A DNA stretch of 31,337 nucleotides, taken from contig JBOFUV010000129.1 in the NCBI GenBank assembly GCA_051652765.1, positions 1 through 31,337 on the forward strand, read 5' to 3'. Under the pieces are notes generated by a model that searched no databases, was not told the DNA's origin, and saw nothing but the letters and a program-made list of their open reading frames with translations. Source of the stretch: Microcoleaceae cyanobacterium. GTDB lineage: Bacteria; Cyanobacteriota; Cyanobacteriia; Cyanobacteriales; Microcoleaceae. The translations under genes were made by a program, and so were the position numbers. Positions within the stretch are counted from its first letter, which is position 1. Every line of letters begins with the position of its first letter. This document shows positions 1-9,285 of the stretch, piece by piece.

Positions 1-1
1 G

Positions 2-67
2 ATTGCACCGGTGGCCCATGAGATATTCTTGGAGAAAATCTTAGGGGTGTCTCCACAGCCTGAGTGA
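2..67 (+). CDS. Possible 3' end of a CDS entering the window (…IAPVAHEIFLEKILGVSPQPE*), product unknown
   Basis: Frame 2 is open from the window edge to TGA at 65-67 and reads protein-like; too short to identify. Confidence 0.35.
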   Translation: MAPVAHEIFLEKILGVSPQPE

Positions 68-179
68 GTAGACTTGAAGTTTAAGTCATGACATGATTCA
101 TACATCAAACTCAATCCCTCATCCTTGAGTTGTCTCTGGCATTTTTCGGCGGGTTGAGATCTAGGCGACGAGTTCCTCT

Positions 180-416
180 TGTCATTCATTGTGGCTATTT
201 TGTGCGGCACCAGAACTATTAAAAGGACGGCAGGTAACTTGTGCCCACAATATTATTTGTGACGTAGAAGCGGCAGGGGCAGATATCATATTCAATGGCG
301 ACCAAACCGTAGATATTGTGATTGATAACAACCTCATCACAGGTAAGCATCGGGGTGTGATTGATGCCTACGTAGAGCAGTTTATTACGGAGATCAACAA
401 AAGTCAGCCAACTTAA
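180..416 (+). pseudogene. C-terminal remnant of a DJ-1/PfpI family protein
   Basis: Frame reads CHSLWLFCAAPELLKGRQVTCAHNI…DVEAAGA…VIDNNLITG, the nucleophile-elbow Cys-His plus C-terminal strands of PfpI. An in-frame TAG at 162-164 lies just upstream, so the N-terminal half is missing. Confidence 0.7.
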
Positions 417-514
417 CCGATTTGAAACGTAAGGATGAAGGGGGCATTGTCCCCTTCCTAAGGCGAAGCCCCAGAACCCTCCCTAGTTTTTTCACAATTG
501 ACTTAGGCGCTGTA
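413..514 (+). mobile_element. Degenerate MITE-like small repeat, copy A (terminal inverted repeats + GGCGAAG hairpin cargo)
   Basis: Core GGGGCATTGTCCCCTTCCTAAGGCGAAGCCCC (441-472) aligns by eye with 18294-18336 and 19968-20010; ends AACCGATTTGAAACGTAA and TCACAATTGACTTAGGCGCTGTA resemble the TIRs of the other copies. Confidence 0.5.
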
Positions 515-752
515 TTCATACCTGAGGTCTATTGCTAATCCCCTGCAAGTTCTAGGGTTGGGCGTATGCGTCCCAGAATTATGGGGGTATGCTAGCATTA
601 TTAATGGTAGATGAAGTCTGATAAAGACTGGCCACTATGCAACTGTTTGCTGAGCTAGCAATCCTTAAAAGATCAGAAGAGGTGGGTATTTCGCCTCGAA
701 TCTGAGCTAAGACAGAGAGCAGTTGTGATGTATTAAATGAGGTGAAATGGTT

Positions 753-980
753 ATGACAGGTAAGCAAATCGAGGAATTGATTGAGCAGGAGCGGGAAGAA
801 GCCCGTGCAGTTTGTGATGCTCAAGGGGGTACTTCTGGTGAATGTGCTGCAGCTTGGGACGTGGTTGAAGAATTGCAGGCAGAAGCATCACACCAAAAAC
901 AGACCAAGCCCAAGAATTCCTTTGAAGTCTACTGCGATGATAATCCAGACGCGGCTGAATGTAGACTTTACGAAGACTAG
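753..980 (+). CDS. cp12: Calvin cycle regulatory protein CP12 (canonical, both Cys pairs)
   Basis: AWDVVEEL core, N-terminal C-x9-C and C-terminal YCDDNPDAAECRLYED. GAGGTG at 739-744 favours ATG 753 over 747. Confidence 0.96.
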   Translation: MTGKQIEELIEQEREEARAVCDAQGGTSGECAAAWDVVEELQAEASHQKQTKPKNSFEVYCDDNPDAAECRLYED

Positions 981-1029
981 ATTGCTCTGATCCTAGTGGT
1001 ACTGGGGGTTAGAGCTTGTATGATTAATG

Positions 1030-1071
1030 AAGGCAACTGGAATGTGATTAACTTGAGCCAGTTGCCTTTTT
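1030..1071 (+). terminator. Intrinsic terminator after cp12
   Basis: AAGGCAACTGG…CCAGTTGCCTT inverted repeat followed by a T run. Confidence 0.7.
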
Positions 1072-1098
1072 CTATGCTGGATTAGGTGGTTTGAATTG

Positions 1099-1719
1099 AT
1101 GCTAAATGCCTTGTTGATCGCTACGTTTCCTGGACTCAATGCTTGGGCTTGGGCCGATTATCGACTGGCTGTCCTATTCTCTGTGATTATTCCTCTAATC
1201 CTTTTGATTTGGGCGTTTGTCAGCCGGATAGAGGCAATCCAAAAACTGTTGATCATTTATTGGCGGGTTGCTAGTTTACTGGCCATTACAGTCTATTTGA
1301 TGATTGCAGCAATACCCGTCGGTTTTATAGCTGCGATCGCCTCCCGGCTTCTAATTCCGATTTGCCTGTGGTTCTGGGTCGATCTAAATGAAGAAATTCG
1401 AGAGATGCAGCCTTCTCCGTTGAGAACTGGCTTTACAGCATGGCGCTGGGCAATGACAGGATACAACTTGCTTGGAGCCTTGTTGTTCCTGCCATCGGTA
1501 CAATGTGCCTTTTTAAAAACCAGGGAACTCGTTCAAGATCCAAGTTGCCGCGTTTGGCTAGATGCTCCCTGGATGTACCGTGAGATTTTTCATCCGAATC
1601 TAACCCCTCAGTTCCTTGGCTTTCTAGGGTTAGTGGGTCTCATCTTTTATGTCGCCTTCCTCAGTTACTTTGTATTGGTAAAGTTTAAACGACAGGGGCG
1701 TTCAGCGACCGGATACTAG
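1099..1719 (+). CDS. DUF3177 family cyanobacterial membrane protein
   Basis: W-x-DYRLAVLF, IIYWRVASLLAIT, LWFWVDLNEEI and FTAWRWA motifs; several TM segments. Confidence 0.85.
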   Translation: MLNALLIATFPGLNAWAWADYRLAVLFSVIIPLILLIWAFVSRIEAIQKLLIIYWRVASLLAITVYLMIAAIPVGFIAAIASRLLIPICLWFWVDLNEEIREMQPSPLRTGFTAWRWAMTGYNLLGALLFLPSVQCAFLKTRELVQDPSCRVWLDAPWMYREIFHPNLTPQFLGFLGLVGLIFYVAFLSYFVLVKFKRQGRSATGY

Positions 1720-1720
1720 A

Positions 1721-2701
1721 CTAAAACAGTCTCTTAGTGCCGAGGGGTTTGGCCCAGGACAGCCAGGTTTCTAGGGGATGAAACCCGACCGATTGATAAA
1801 GCCGCACTGCGCCAGTCCAATTCTCAGCGTCCACACTGAGCTTGATCAAATCCGCCCCCGCCCCCTGAAGACGCTGTAACCCAGCGAGCAAGACCGCTCG
1901 GCCCAATCCTAGGCGACGGAACCCTCGACGAGATCCGAGCCATTCAATCCAACCCGTCGAATGGTCAAGGTTCTGAGGTTTAAGCCGACAGCTACAGAAT
2001 GCAGCCAGTTCCCCAGTGGGAGCAACAGCAATCAGGTCAAGTTCAGGCTGATAATCAGGCTGCTCCTGCCAATATTTGAGGGTTTCAACGGTTAAATCAT
2101 GATGATTCCAATGGTCAGTAAAGGACTCATTATACAGTTCTACCCAAGCTTGAAGATTGGATGAAGACCAGGGATTAACAGATTGATCAACCAGGGTAAA
2201 CCCAGCCGGAAGCTCAGGCGTTGGACTTGACAAATGGGTTTCTCTGACTAGAGTTGAGAATTGGCGTTCAAGGGTGAATCCGTAGGACATTAAACACTCG
2301 TTCCAATGAGGCTGATCGGCTCGACTATAAATCCGCAAAACCGGAACTTGACTAGAATGCTCTTGGGCTTGACACAGCCGTTTTTCTCCCCAACGGACTA
2401 AGTCTGCTTCAAATCTTTGGTGACGAAATTCAGGATGAACAAATAACCAAAGGTATCCCTCCAATTCAGTGGCTAGAGCTTGAATTTGAATGAGGGCAAT
2501 CCCAATGCATTGACCGGTTTTGGTTTCGATTAGACAAGTATCTTGGCTGGCGTTAATCTCTGGAGAATGCAGTAGAAATTGAAATTCAGAGAGGGACGTA
2601 TCCTCTCCAAACTGATCAAACATTACACAGGTATTAATCAGATTGGCGATCGCTCGAAAATCCGCTGTTTCCTGATAGGCTCGAAGAATTAAAGTCGCCA
2701 T
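1721..2701 (-). CDS. Tandem GNAT N-acetyltransferase (MshD-like architecture)
   Basis: Two GNAT folds with VHPEFRHQ and LGSRRGFRRLGLGRAVL acetyl-CoA motifs and NWTGAVRLYQSVGF. ATG at 2701 preferred to TTG at 2737. Confidence 0.85.
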   Translation of the reverse strand: MATLILRAYQETADFRAIANLINTCVMFDQFGEDTSLSEFQFLLHSPEINASQDTCLIETKTGQCIGIALIQIQALATELEGYLWLFVHPEFRHQRFEADLVRWGEKRLCQAQEHSSQVPVLRIYSRADQPHWNECLMSYGFTLERQFSTLVRETHLSSPTPELPAGFTLVDQSVNPWSSSNLQAWVELYNESFTDHWNHHDLTVETLKYWQEQPDYQPELDLIAVAPTGELAAFCSCRLKPQNLDHSTGWIEWLGSRRGFRRLGLGRAVLLAGLQRLQGAGADLIKLSVDAENWTGAVRLYQSVGFHPLETWLSWAKPLGTKRLF

Positions 2702-3288
2702 AAAAAGCTTTATCCAGTAAGCTGGATAGTCCTCCAAAAAGAATGATTAGATGTCAAAACTGGCAAAAAATACTGAAATTAAGCCTGGTTAATATCCAGG
2801 ACTAGGGACAATCGCGCAACTCCTAGATGCTTTCCGAGTCCGCCATAATCCCCACTGTAAACGTAACCCTAATAAAGCAGAAGCTTGCCTAGAATTTATT
2901 CTTAAAATTCCAGACCTTCAAATTCTAATTTTCATACCAGCAGAGCCTTCAATTTACCAATTGAAAGCTTAGAAGCCTCTGCTAGCCTATGACACACTCA
3001 TAAAAACTGTTTAACCCACTTTGGGTAATTTAGATGGTTTTATCTGCTAGAAAATCAGGTGAGGTTGGTGCTGCCGGTTCGACCTTTTAGCGCTTGGAAT
3101 GAAACCAAACCTGATATTAACCTTTAAACTGAGTAACTTTGCTAAGTAAAGAAGAATTTCACCCCCAAGGCATTTGAGAAACCCAATCCAAGTTTCTCTA
3201 TAGTTTTTTCTAAGTTAACTCTAAACTAGCTCTTAGACAACTTCTTGGCAATCCGATCAGACTACGCACATCACACTATTGCAAATTA

Positions 3289-3319
3289 AGTATAGCCTTA
3301 ACCTCCATAACCCTGTCAA
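3289..3319 (-). promoter_or_regulatory. Candidate sigma70-type promoter TTGACA-N19-TATACT pointing toward the GNAT leader
   Basis: Perfect -35 (3314-3319) and near-consensus -10 (3289-3294) on the minus strand; spacer is an atypical 19 bp. Confidence 0.35.
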
Positions 3320-3369
3320 GGTGTTGTAGCGAGGCGCAAGGATTTTGGCATCAAGATTTTATCAAAATT

Positions 3370-6057
3370 CTAAGTCGGGTTTCGCAGTGCCGGACGCACC
3401 AAAAACACGTTACAACGACAACCTCGGGTAATCGCTGCTGGAATATTTCCTTGAATCACTTGTTGTAATAAACTTTCTTGACTTGCCCCTAAAACAACTA
3501 CGTCACACTGATTCTTTTCTGCCATATCAATGACGGCTTCAGCAATAGAATCGTTGCAAACAACAGTTGAAATTGCGCTAATTTTTAGCTCCTGCTGGAG
3601 TTTCTCGGCAACTTGTTCCAATATCCTTAAGCGATTGTCAGCAACCCGCCGCTTAACGACTCGCAACAGCCGAACTTCAGGGCGCACACTCAACCGCACA
3701 AAGGCAGGAATCAGTTTTAGAGCTAGGGACTGTTGTTCTCCTCCCCTTAGGGGCAAGAGCCATCTGTTCCAGCTCAGCGGATATCCTCCCGGAGATTTAG
3801 CAGCAGCGGACTGTTCAGCCCATTTGACTAACATCACTTCGCAAGGCGCTTGGCGAACGATCGTATCCACAACGTTGCCAAAAATTCGATTGGGGGCTGA
3901 GGGTTCCCCCTGCCATCCCATCAACACCAAATCAATGTGACGCTCCTTAATCGTTTCTAGAATTGCATGGGCGACATCGTGGGAAACCCTGGCTTGAGTA
4001 TGAACCGGGACTTGCCAAGCTTGCCCAACCCGATCAGCCTGTTGCAACAGCCGACGGCTTTTTTTCAATCTTACAGAGGTTTCTGAGGGAACTCGATGGA
4101 GCGGAACCGTAATCACATGCAAACATTCCAGTTCATAGTTACGTTCTCTGGCGATCGCCGCCGCAATCTGGAGCAAAGCAGCCACCGTTTGGGGATTATG
4201 GGCTGAAACCAATAAGCGACCCTGACCCACCTGAGGAGCCCGAGTTTGATAGACGACATAGGAGGGATGAGGATGGGGGCCCACCTGAGTTGCCTCTCCA
4301 CTCAGATAACCCAACTCGGCCTTGATAATGTCACTACGGGTAATGATACCCACTAAATGGCGACCCTCGACCACAGGCAACCGACTGGGCCTATATTTGG
4401 TCAGCATATACAGAACCTGACTCAAGGAATCCTTGGGATTAACGGTAATCGGTTGGGGGGTCATCAACTGACTAATCGGAGTGTCCCCAGAAACCTGACG
4501 TTTAGCAATATCTGCCAAATCTTGCTGAGTGAAAATGCCCACGAGTTTGCCATCTTTAACCACTGGAAATCCTCGGTGTCGGGATTCAGAGAATACCAAC
4601 CGGGCTTGATCCAACGTGAAGTAGCTATCCAAAGTTTCTACATGACGCTGCATCACATCACTAGCCTGAATATTACTCAGGGTTTCATACACCGATTGAT
4701 CGGGCTTCAACTGGATACCACTTAACTGTAATAGGCGGTCATAAAGCGACTGAGAATGACATTGTTCTGCCGTAAAAAAAGCCACAATCGAACAGATCAT
4801 CAGTTGCAGAACCAGATTAAAATCCTCTGTAATCTCAAACACAATCACTACTGAGGTAATTGGAGTCCGAGACACCGCACAGAAAAAGGCTCCCATCCCC
4901 GCCAATGCAAAGGTTGTTGCAGGCTCCAAGCCAATAACGGCTGATTGCCACAGCCCAATCAGTTCTCCAAGAGACGCTCCCAATACCAAGGACGGGGCAA
5001 ATAGTCCTCCCGGAGCCGAAGAACTGGCGGCGATTGTCGTCAGGGCAAAGTGAGCAACAAAGGCTAGGGCCGCAATTTTCCAGGAAATATCACCATTGAG
5101 AATAAATTCTCGTAAGCCAGAATTATTGCGAAAATCAACAGGTAAGCCAGAAATAATTAACCCACACAGCAATCCAGACAGAGCCATGCGGGCAGGCAAA
5201 CTTAACTTTAAAACGTGATGATTGAAGTGAATGAATTTAACAATCCCCGTACTGAATAGGGTTCCCAATACTCCTGCTAAAACGCCTAGGATAATGTAAA
5301 AGGGAATTTCAGGAATCTCGATTAACCATTGACGGTAGGAGGCTTCCAAGGCTTCTGGTGAGGGAGGATTAAAGCTGAGATCTCGACCCCCCAGTAACCG
5401 AGACACGACCGATCCAATAAAGGATGCAATAATTGCTGGGCCTAGGGTCACTCCAGAAATGTCGTGGAGCAAGTCCTCAACCACAAATAAAACCCCAGCA
5501 ATCGGCGCATTGAATCCCGCCGACAGCCCAGCCGCCGCACCACTGGCCAACATTTGACGACGGTAGTTGGGGGAAGTTGGCACCCAGCGACTAATCCACG
5601 CAGCCAGAGCTGCTCCAATCTGAACGGTTGGCCCCTGCCGCCCTAAGGTCAGACCTGAGCCCATGGTAAACATGGTACCCAATAACTTGGCGATCGCCAC
5701 CCGCAAATCCAAGGAAATTGGCAATCCTCCCAAAGCTGCTTTAACCTGGGGAATACCACTACCAGTCGCTTCTGGAGCAAACCGTTCAATGCCCAATCCG
5801 GTTAAAAATCCACCAATGACTCCAACCAAGGGCAGAAATACCCAAACAGGCATCTGGGTGCTCAGGGAACCGTGAACTCGCTGTGATCCTAGCCACCCCG
5901 CCCCCTCCCGGAGACAAAAGGCTGCTAGGCCAGAAACGAAGCCAATGATGCAAGCCTGTACAATAGCAAGATTTTTGGGAGAAGTCGGTTGGAGAATCCG
6001 AAATGCCAGTGCTTTGAGCTGCTTGGGAAGTTGCTCAGGGATAAAGAGTTGTCCCAT
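3370..6057 (-). CDS. ClC chloride channel/transporter with CBS pair and C-terminal tandem USP-like domains
   Basis: GSGIP, GRQGP, FNAPIAG, GGLFAP and SLY ClC signatures; CBS motifs (HRGFPVV, RLPVVEGRHLVGIITRSDI); USP motifs (DLVLMG…FGNVVDTIVRQAPCEV, DVVVLGA…GNIP). Confidence 0.93.
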   Translation of the reverse strand: MGQLFIPEQLPKQLKALAFRILQPTSPKNLAIVQACIIGFVSGLAAFCLREGAGWLGSQRVHGSLSTQMPVWVFLPLVGVIGGFLTGLGIERFAPEATGSGIPQVKAALGGLPISLDLRVAIAKLLGTMFTMGSGLTLGRQGPTVQIGAALAAWISRWVPTSPNYRRQMLASGAAAGLSAGFNAPIAGVLFVVEDLLHDISGVTLGPAIIASFIGSVVSRLLGGRDLSFNPPSPEALEASYRQWLIEIPEIPFYIILGVLAGVLGTLFSTGIVKFIHFNHHVLKLSLPARMALSGLLCGLIISGLPVDFRNNSGLREFILNGDISWKIAALAFVAHFALTTIAASSSAPGGLFAPSLVLGASLGELIGLWQSAVIGLEPATTFALAGMGAFFCAVSRTPITSVVIVFEITEDFNLVLQLMICSIVAFFTAEQCHSQSLYDRLLQLSGIQLKPDQSVYETLSNIQASDVMQRHVETLDSYFTLDQARLVFSESRHRGFPVVKDGKLVGIFTQQDLADIAKRQVSGDTPISQLMTPQPITVNPKDSLSQVLYMLTKYRPSRLPVVEGRHLVGIITRSDIIKAELGYLSGEATQVGPHPHPSYVVYQTRAPQVGQGRLLVSAHNPQTVAALLQIAAAIARERNYELECLHVITVPLHRVPSETSVRLKKSRRLLQQADRVGQAWQVPVHTQARVSHDVAHAILETIKERHIDLVLMGWQGEPSAPNRIFGNVVDTIVRQAPCEVMLVKWAEQSAAAKSPGGYPLSWNRWLLPLRGGEQQSLALKLIPAFVRLSVRPEVRLLRVVKRRVADNRLRILEQVAEKLQQELKISAISTVVCNDSIAEAVIDMAEKNQCDVVVLGASQESLLQQVIQGNIPAAITRGCRCNVFLVRPALRNPT

Positions 6058-6092
6058 AAAGTCCCATAAAACTTAGATCAAACTAGATCAAA
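6051..6092. repeat. Short direct duplications at the ClC start
   Basis: GTCCCATAAA x2 (6051-6070, first copy contains the start codon), then AACTTAGATCA/AACTAGATCA. Confidence 0.7.
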
Positions 6093-6236
6093 GAAGCTAC
6101 ATCCTAGGAGTTTGTCAGACTTGACTGGGCTGTGGACGTGGTATCGAGTGAGCGGAACACTCTCAAACCCCCATTTTCAAGGCTTGTTGGGTTTCCTAAT
6201 GTCAGCCCAACCGACAAAATCGATCCAGACAAACCA

Positions 6237-6503
6237 TTAGAACTTAGCTCGGATTGTGAAGGAATAATCTCCCCCCGGCTCTAATTGGTAATCCCATTTT
6301 TCCAAAAAGCGACCTAGTGGCTCCTGAATCAACGCTCGCCCTTGAGACGGTTGAATCACTAGAGCTTTAGTGGATCGAAACCGCCATTGAAAGCGCCATT
6401 CAAATGCTCCAGCACTAATTTCCCCCTCTAGAATACCCTTCTGCCAAGATTGGCGAGTCACCCGAATATGAGCAATTGTTTCTGGTAAGTGACTAGAACC
6501 CAC
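6237..6503 (-). CDS. DUF3146 family cyanobacterial protein
   Basis: LPETIAHIRVTRQSW…PSQGRALIQEPLGRFLE…DYQLEPGGDYSFTIRAKF; lies directly downstream of pth. Confidence 0.85.
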   Translation of the reverse strand: MGSSHLPETIAHIRVTRQSWQKGILEGEISAGAFEWRFQWRFRSTKALVIQPSQGRALIQEPLGRFLEKWDYQLEPGGDYSFTIRAKF

Positions 6504-6524
6504 ACTGAAAATATAGCTGAAACT

Positions 6525-7154
6525 CTAAATGACATTGCGATTATTGTATAGGCTCATGGCTTTCTCTACCCCTTCGCGCAGACTCAGTTCCATCACCTCT
6601 ACCATCAGTTTAAGCACTTTCTCAACGACTGGAGTTTCTGCGGAAGCAAATTTCCCCAAAACGTGGGAGATGGTTTCTCCATTTGACTCTGTCGTAGCAT
6701 CCTTGGGCTTACCAATTCCCAACCTCAACCGAGGGAAATCCTGAGTTCCAAGGTGGGCGATCGCCGACTTCATGCCGTTGTGCCCCCCCGCCGAACCCGA
6801 TAAGCGCAATCGCATTCGCCCCAACGGCAAGTCCATATCGTCGTAGATCACCATTACTGACTCAGGGGGCAATTTGTACCAATCTAAAACGGCTCGAATC
6901 GCTTGTCCAGAACGATTCATGTAGGTAAGCGGTTTTAGCAGCAAAATCTTGCAACCTGGAATCGCCATGCCATCTCCGGCAAAACCATTAAATTTCCGTT
7001 GCTCAGTCAGAGAAATTTGCCAAATCTTGGCTAAGGTATCAATGGCAGCAAAGCCAATATTATGGCGAGTTTGGTCGTATTTGGATTCGGGGTTCCCTAA
7101 ACCAACGACTAACCGAGGAATAATCCGTTCGTTGCTCGATAATGCCTCTGCCAT
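6525..7154 (-). CDS. pth: Peptidyl-tRNA hydrolase
   Basis: LVVGLGNP, TRHNIGF, KPLTYMNRSG, YDDMDLP, GGHNGMKS, RLRLGIG. Confidence 0.97.
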   Translation of the reverse strand: MAEALSSNERIIPRLVVGLGNPESKYDQTRHNIGFAAIDTLAKIWQISLTEQRKFNGFAGDGMAIPGCKILLLKPLTYMNRSGQAIRAVLDWYKLPPESVMVIYDDMDLPLGRMRLRLSGSAGGHNGMKSAIAHLGTQDFPRLRLGIGKPKDATTESNGETISHVLGKFASAETPVVEKVLKLMVEVMELSLREGVEKAMSLYNNRNVI

Positions 7155-7160
7155 AACTCC

Positions 7161-7202
7161 GGAGAACTACTGTTAGGAGAACTACTGTTAGGAGAACTAC
7201 TG
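7161..7202. repeat. 15-bp tandem repeat GGAGAACTACTGTTA x~2.8 filling the tatA-pth gap
   Basis: Read directly from sequence. Confidence 0.9.
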
Positions 7203-7205
7203 ATT

Positions 7206-7469
7206 CTAACTCTCAGTAGAATTCTCAGCCGGTACTGCTGAAGATGTCGCTGAAAGTGATTTCATCTGAGCTTCTGGAGCCTCTCCTTCCTCCAACTGCT
7301 TGACTTCTCGCTTGATTTCAGTCTCAAACTCGCGGGATGCTTCTTGAAATCCCCGAATTGCCTTCCCCAAACTGCGACCAATTTCCGGTAGCTTCTTCGG
7401 GCCAAAAACCAGTAACGCTAGAACCAAAACCACCATCATTTCTGGTAGACCGATCCCGAAAATATTCAT
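7206..7469 (-). CDS. tatA: Twin-arginine translocase TatA/E subunit
   Basis: [11 protein letters not shown]…[24 protein letters not shown]. Confidence 0.95.
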   Translation of the reverse strand: MNIFGIGLPEMMVVLVLALLVFGPKKLPEIGRSLGKAIRGFQEASREFETEIKREVKQLEEGEAPEAQMKSLSATSSAVPAENSTES

Positions 7470-7740
7470 GCAACTTGCTCCTAAACAACCTTAAACCCAA
7501 TGCTTAACTTTAAGTTTAGTCGTTTATTTAAACAAATTTTATAGTTCTGTCGGTTAGGTAGAATGAAGTGAAGCCCAACCAGCCTTTGAGAGTATTGGCT
7601 TGGGAGAGTTGGATCTCCACAACTCAAGGGTTACGATAATTTCCGGTTCGGACTGGGGACAGGTATCGGGGTATTTGTTCTGGATGGGGTTGATCACAGC
7701 TTTCGGTGCGCTTGGTCAAAGGTATAATCTGGCTTGCCAA

Positions 7741-8721
7741 TCAACCGGCGGAATGGGGGAATTTGGGATTGCTGTTATAGTACTCTGAATAGGACTGAAC
7801 ACTCGGTGGAATGGAAATCAAATCTTCAATATTTCTAAGCATTGTGGCGCAAATTGTTTCTAGTTGTAAGTCATTTTTATCATAGCCAAATGGGTTTTCA
7901 AGTTCCTGACCAATTTCTTCAATGCCAAACAAAGGAAAGCTGATAAAGCCAACCACAATTCCTGTCCATCCAGCCAAATCGTCAACAATTTGAAAGGGTA
8001 AACCCAGGCAAAAAATGAGTATGGTTTGCTTGAGATGAATGTTGTAGGCTAAGGGAATTGGCGTTTTAATAATCCGCTCACAGCCCCCTAAAGCATCAAC
8101 CATAACATCTAGCAATTTAAACATTGCAGTGAGCTGATAAATATTGAAATCATGATGACGATACTGATTTTGTAAATAGTCGCCAATCCAGAGGGCGATC
8201 CTCAGGGGTGGATTGTTGATGGACTGCAATTCATCATATTGCTCTGGCGAGACTAATGGCACAAGTTCAATATCAATTTTTTCACCCCGAAGATGGAGTT
8301 TCATTGCGAAGGCAAAGGCCACTAACAATCTCAGGGTGGCAATTTTTTTCTGGGTCTCTTGAGGATTACTCTCGTGAATGGTGACCCAAATCTGTCTGGC
8401 CAGGTTTCGGACTGTGTTAACAAGGCTCCCCCAGAGTTTCCGACCTTCCCAAAAGCGATCGTAGGCGGTATTTGTGCGGAAGACGAGCAGCAAGCCCAGT
8501 ACCAGGTTAGGCAGAATAAAATTATCAAAAATTCGAGTGGGGATAGGAACACCCCGACTATGCAATGCTGAAACACCAAAGCCAAAAAAACTACACAGAA
8601 TAACACGGGGCAGGATTTCTGGAATAACCGATCCCCGAACTTGTAAGGCAAGCTGAAACCAATTTTTATCCCGGTTGTTATCCTGGGGTTGCATGGTTGA
8701 TTTAAACGTTTCTTTACTCAC
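7741..8721 (-). CDS. Bestrophin family (UPF0187/YneE-type) ion channel
   Basis: LGLLLVFRTNTAYDRFWEGRKLWG, GGCERIIKTPIPLAY, GIEEIGQELENPFGYDKNDL. Start is GTG 8721 or ATG 8694. Confidence 0.93.
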   Translation of the reverse strand: MSKETFKSTMQPQDNNRDKNWFQLALQVRGSVIPEILPRVILCSFFGFGVSALHSRGVPIPTRIFDNFILPNLVLGLLLVFRTNTAYDRFWEGRKLWGSLVNTVRNLARQIWVTIHESNPQETQKKIATLRLLVAFAFAMKLHLRGEKIDIELVPLVSPEQYDELQSINNPPLRIALWIGDYLQNQYRHHDFNIYQLTAMFKLLDVMVDALGGCERIIKTPIPLAYNIHLKQTILIFCLGLPFQIVDDLAGWTGIVVGFISFPLFGIEEIGQELENPFGYDKNDLQLETICATMLRNIEDLISIPPSVQSYSEYYNSNPKFPHSAG

Positions 8722-8724
8722 TCA

Positions 8725-9210
8725 TTAGCCTTGGGTGACTTGCAGCTCAACAAGTTCAGACTCTTGAGAGGCCACCTGAACTGATCTCTCATTCAGTTTC
8801 TGGTTCAAGTCTCGCACCCGCCGGGACAGCATTCGAATAATATTGATCGCAATACCAGGAGTTTCCTCAATGGCATCATAAAGCTGCATCTGGGTCAACA
8901 TCAGACAGCTACAGGATTCCAGGGTGGTCACAGAGGCAGAACGGGGTTGGGCATCAAACAGGGACATTTCTCCAAAACAGGCTTTTTGGCCCATTTGAGC
9001 AATTTCTCGACCCCCAGCATGAACCTTCACTTGACCTGACACAACTACATAGAGCGATCGCCCCTCTTGGCCCTCCGTAAAAATAGTATGACTGGTGGGG
9101 TAGGACAGTTCATCCATGACAGAGGTCAGACGCACCAAAAAGTCATCTCGCAACTCCTGAAAGATGGAGACATCACGAACAAACAGTAAACGTTCAACGC
9201 TGGATAGCAT
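8725..9210 (-). CDS. Stand-alone cyclic nucleotide-binding domain protein (no HTH)
   Basis: IFTEGQEG-SLYVVVSGQVKV, phosphate-binding cassette FGEMSLFDAQPRSAS, C-helix LSRRVR; 161 aa leaves no room for a Crp DNA-binding domain. Confidence 0.9.
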   Translation of the reverse strand: MLSSVERLLFVRDVSIFQELRDDFLVRLTSVMDELSYPTSHTIFTEGQEGRSLYVVVSGQVKVHAGGREIAQMGQKACFGEMSLFDAQPRSASVTTLESCSCLMLTQMQLYDAIEETPGIAINIIRMLSRRVRDLNQKLNERSVQVASQESELVELQVTQG

Positions 9211-9285
9211 AATTCATATCTGATTTGAAGGAATTAAAACCAAAGTCAAGAGCGCTGCCAGCTCAACCCTAGGTTTTAATACTCG

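Noticed and set aside
579..824. 81-aa minus-strand ORF
   Set aside because: Overlaps cp12 antisense and its promoter region; no recognisable features
3070..3090. GGTTCGA resembling a tRNA T-loop
   Set aside because: No acceptor, D or anticodon arms can be built around it
7161..7202. Possible CRISPR array (also 12388-12443 and 25818-25860)
   Set aside because: Units are 13-15 bp, directly tandem with no unique spacers, and there are no cas genes
8725..9210. Crp/Fnr transcription factor call
   Set aside because: The protein ends soon after the C-helix with no helix-turn-helix domain
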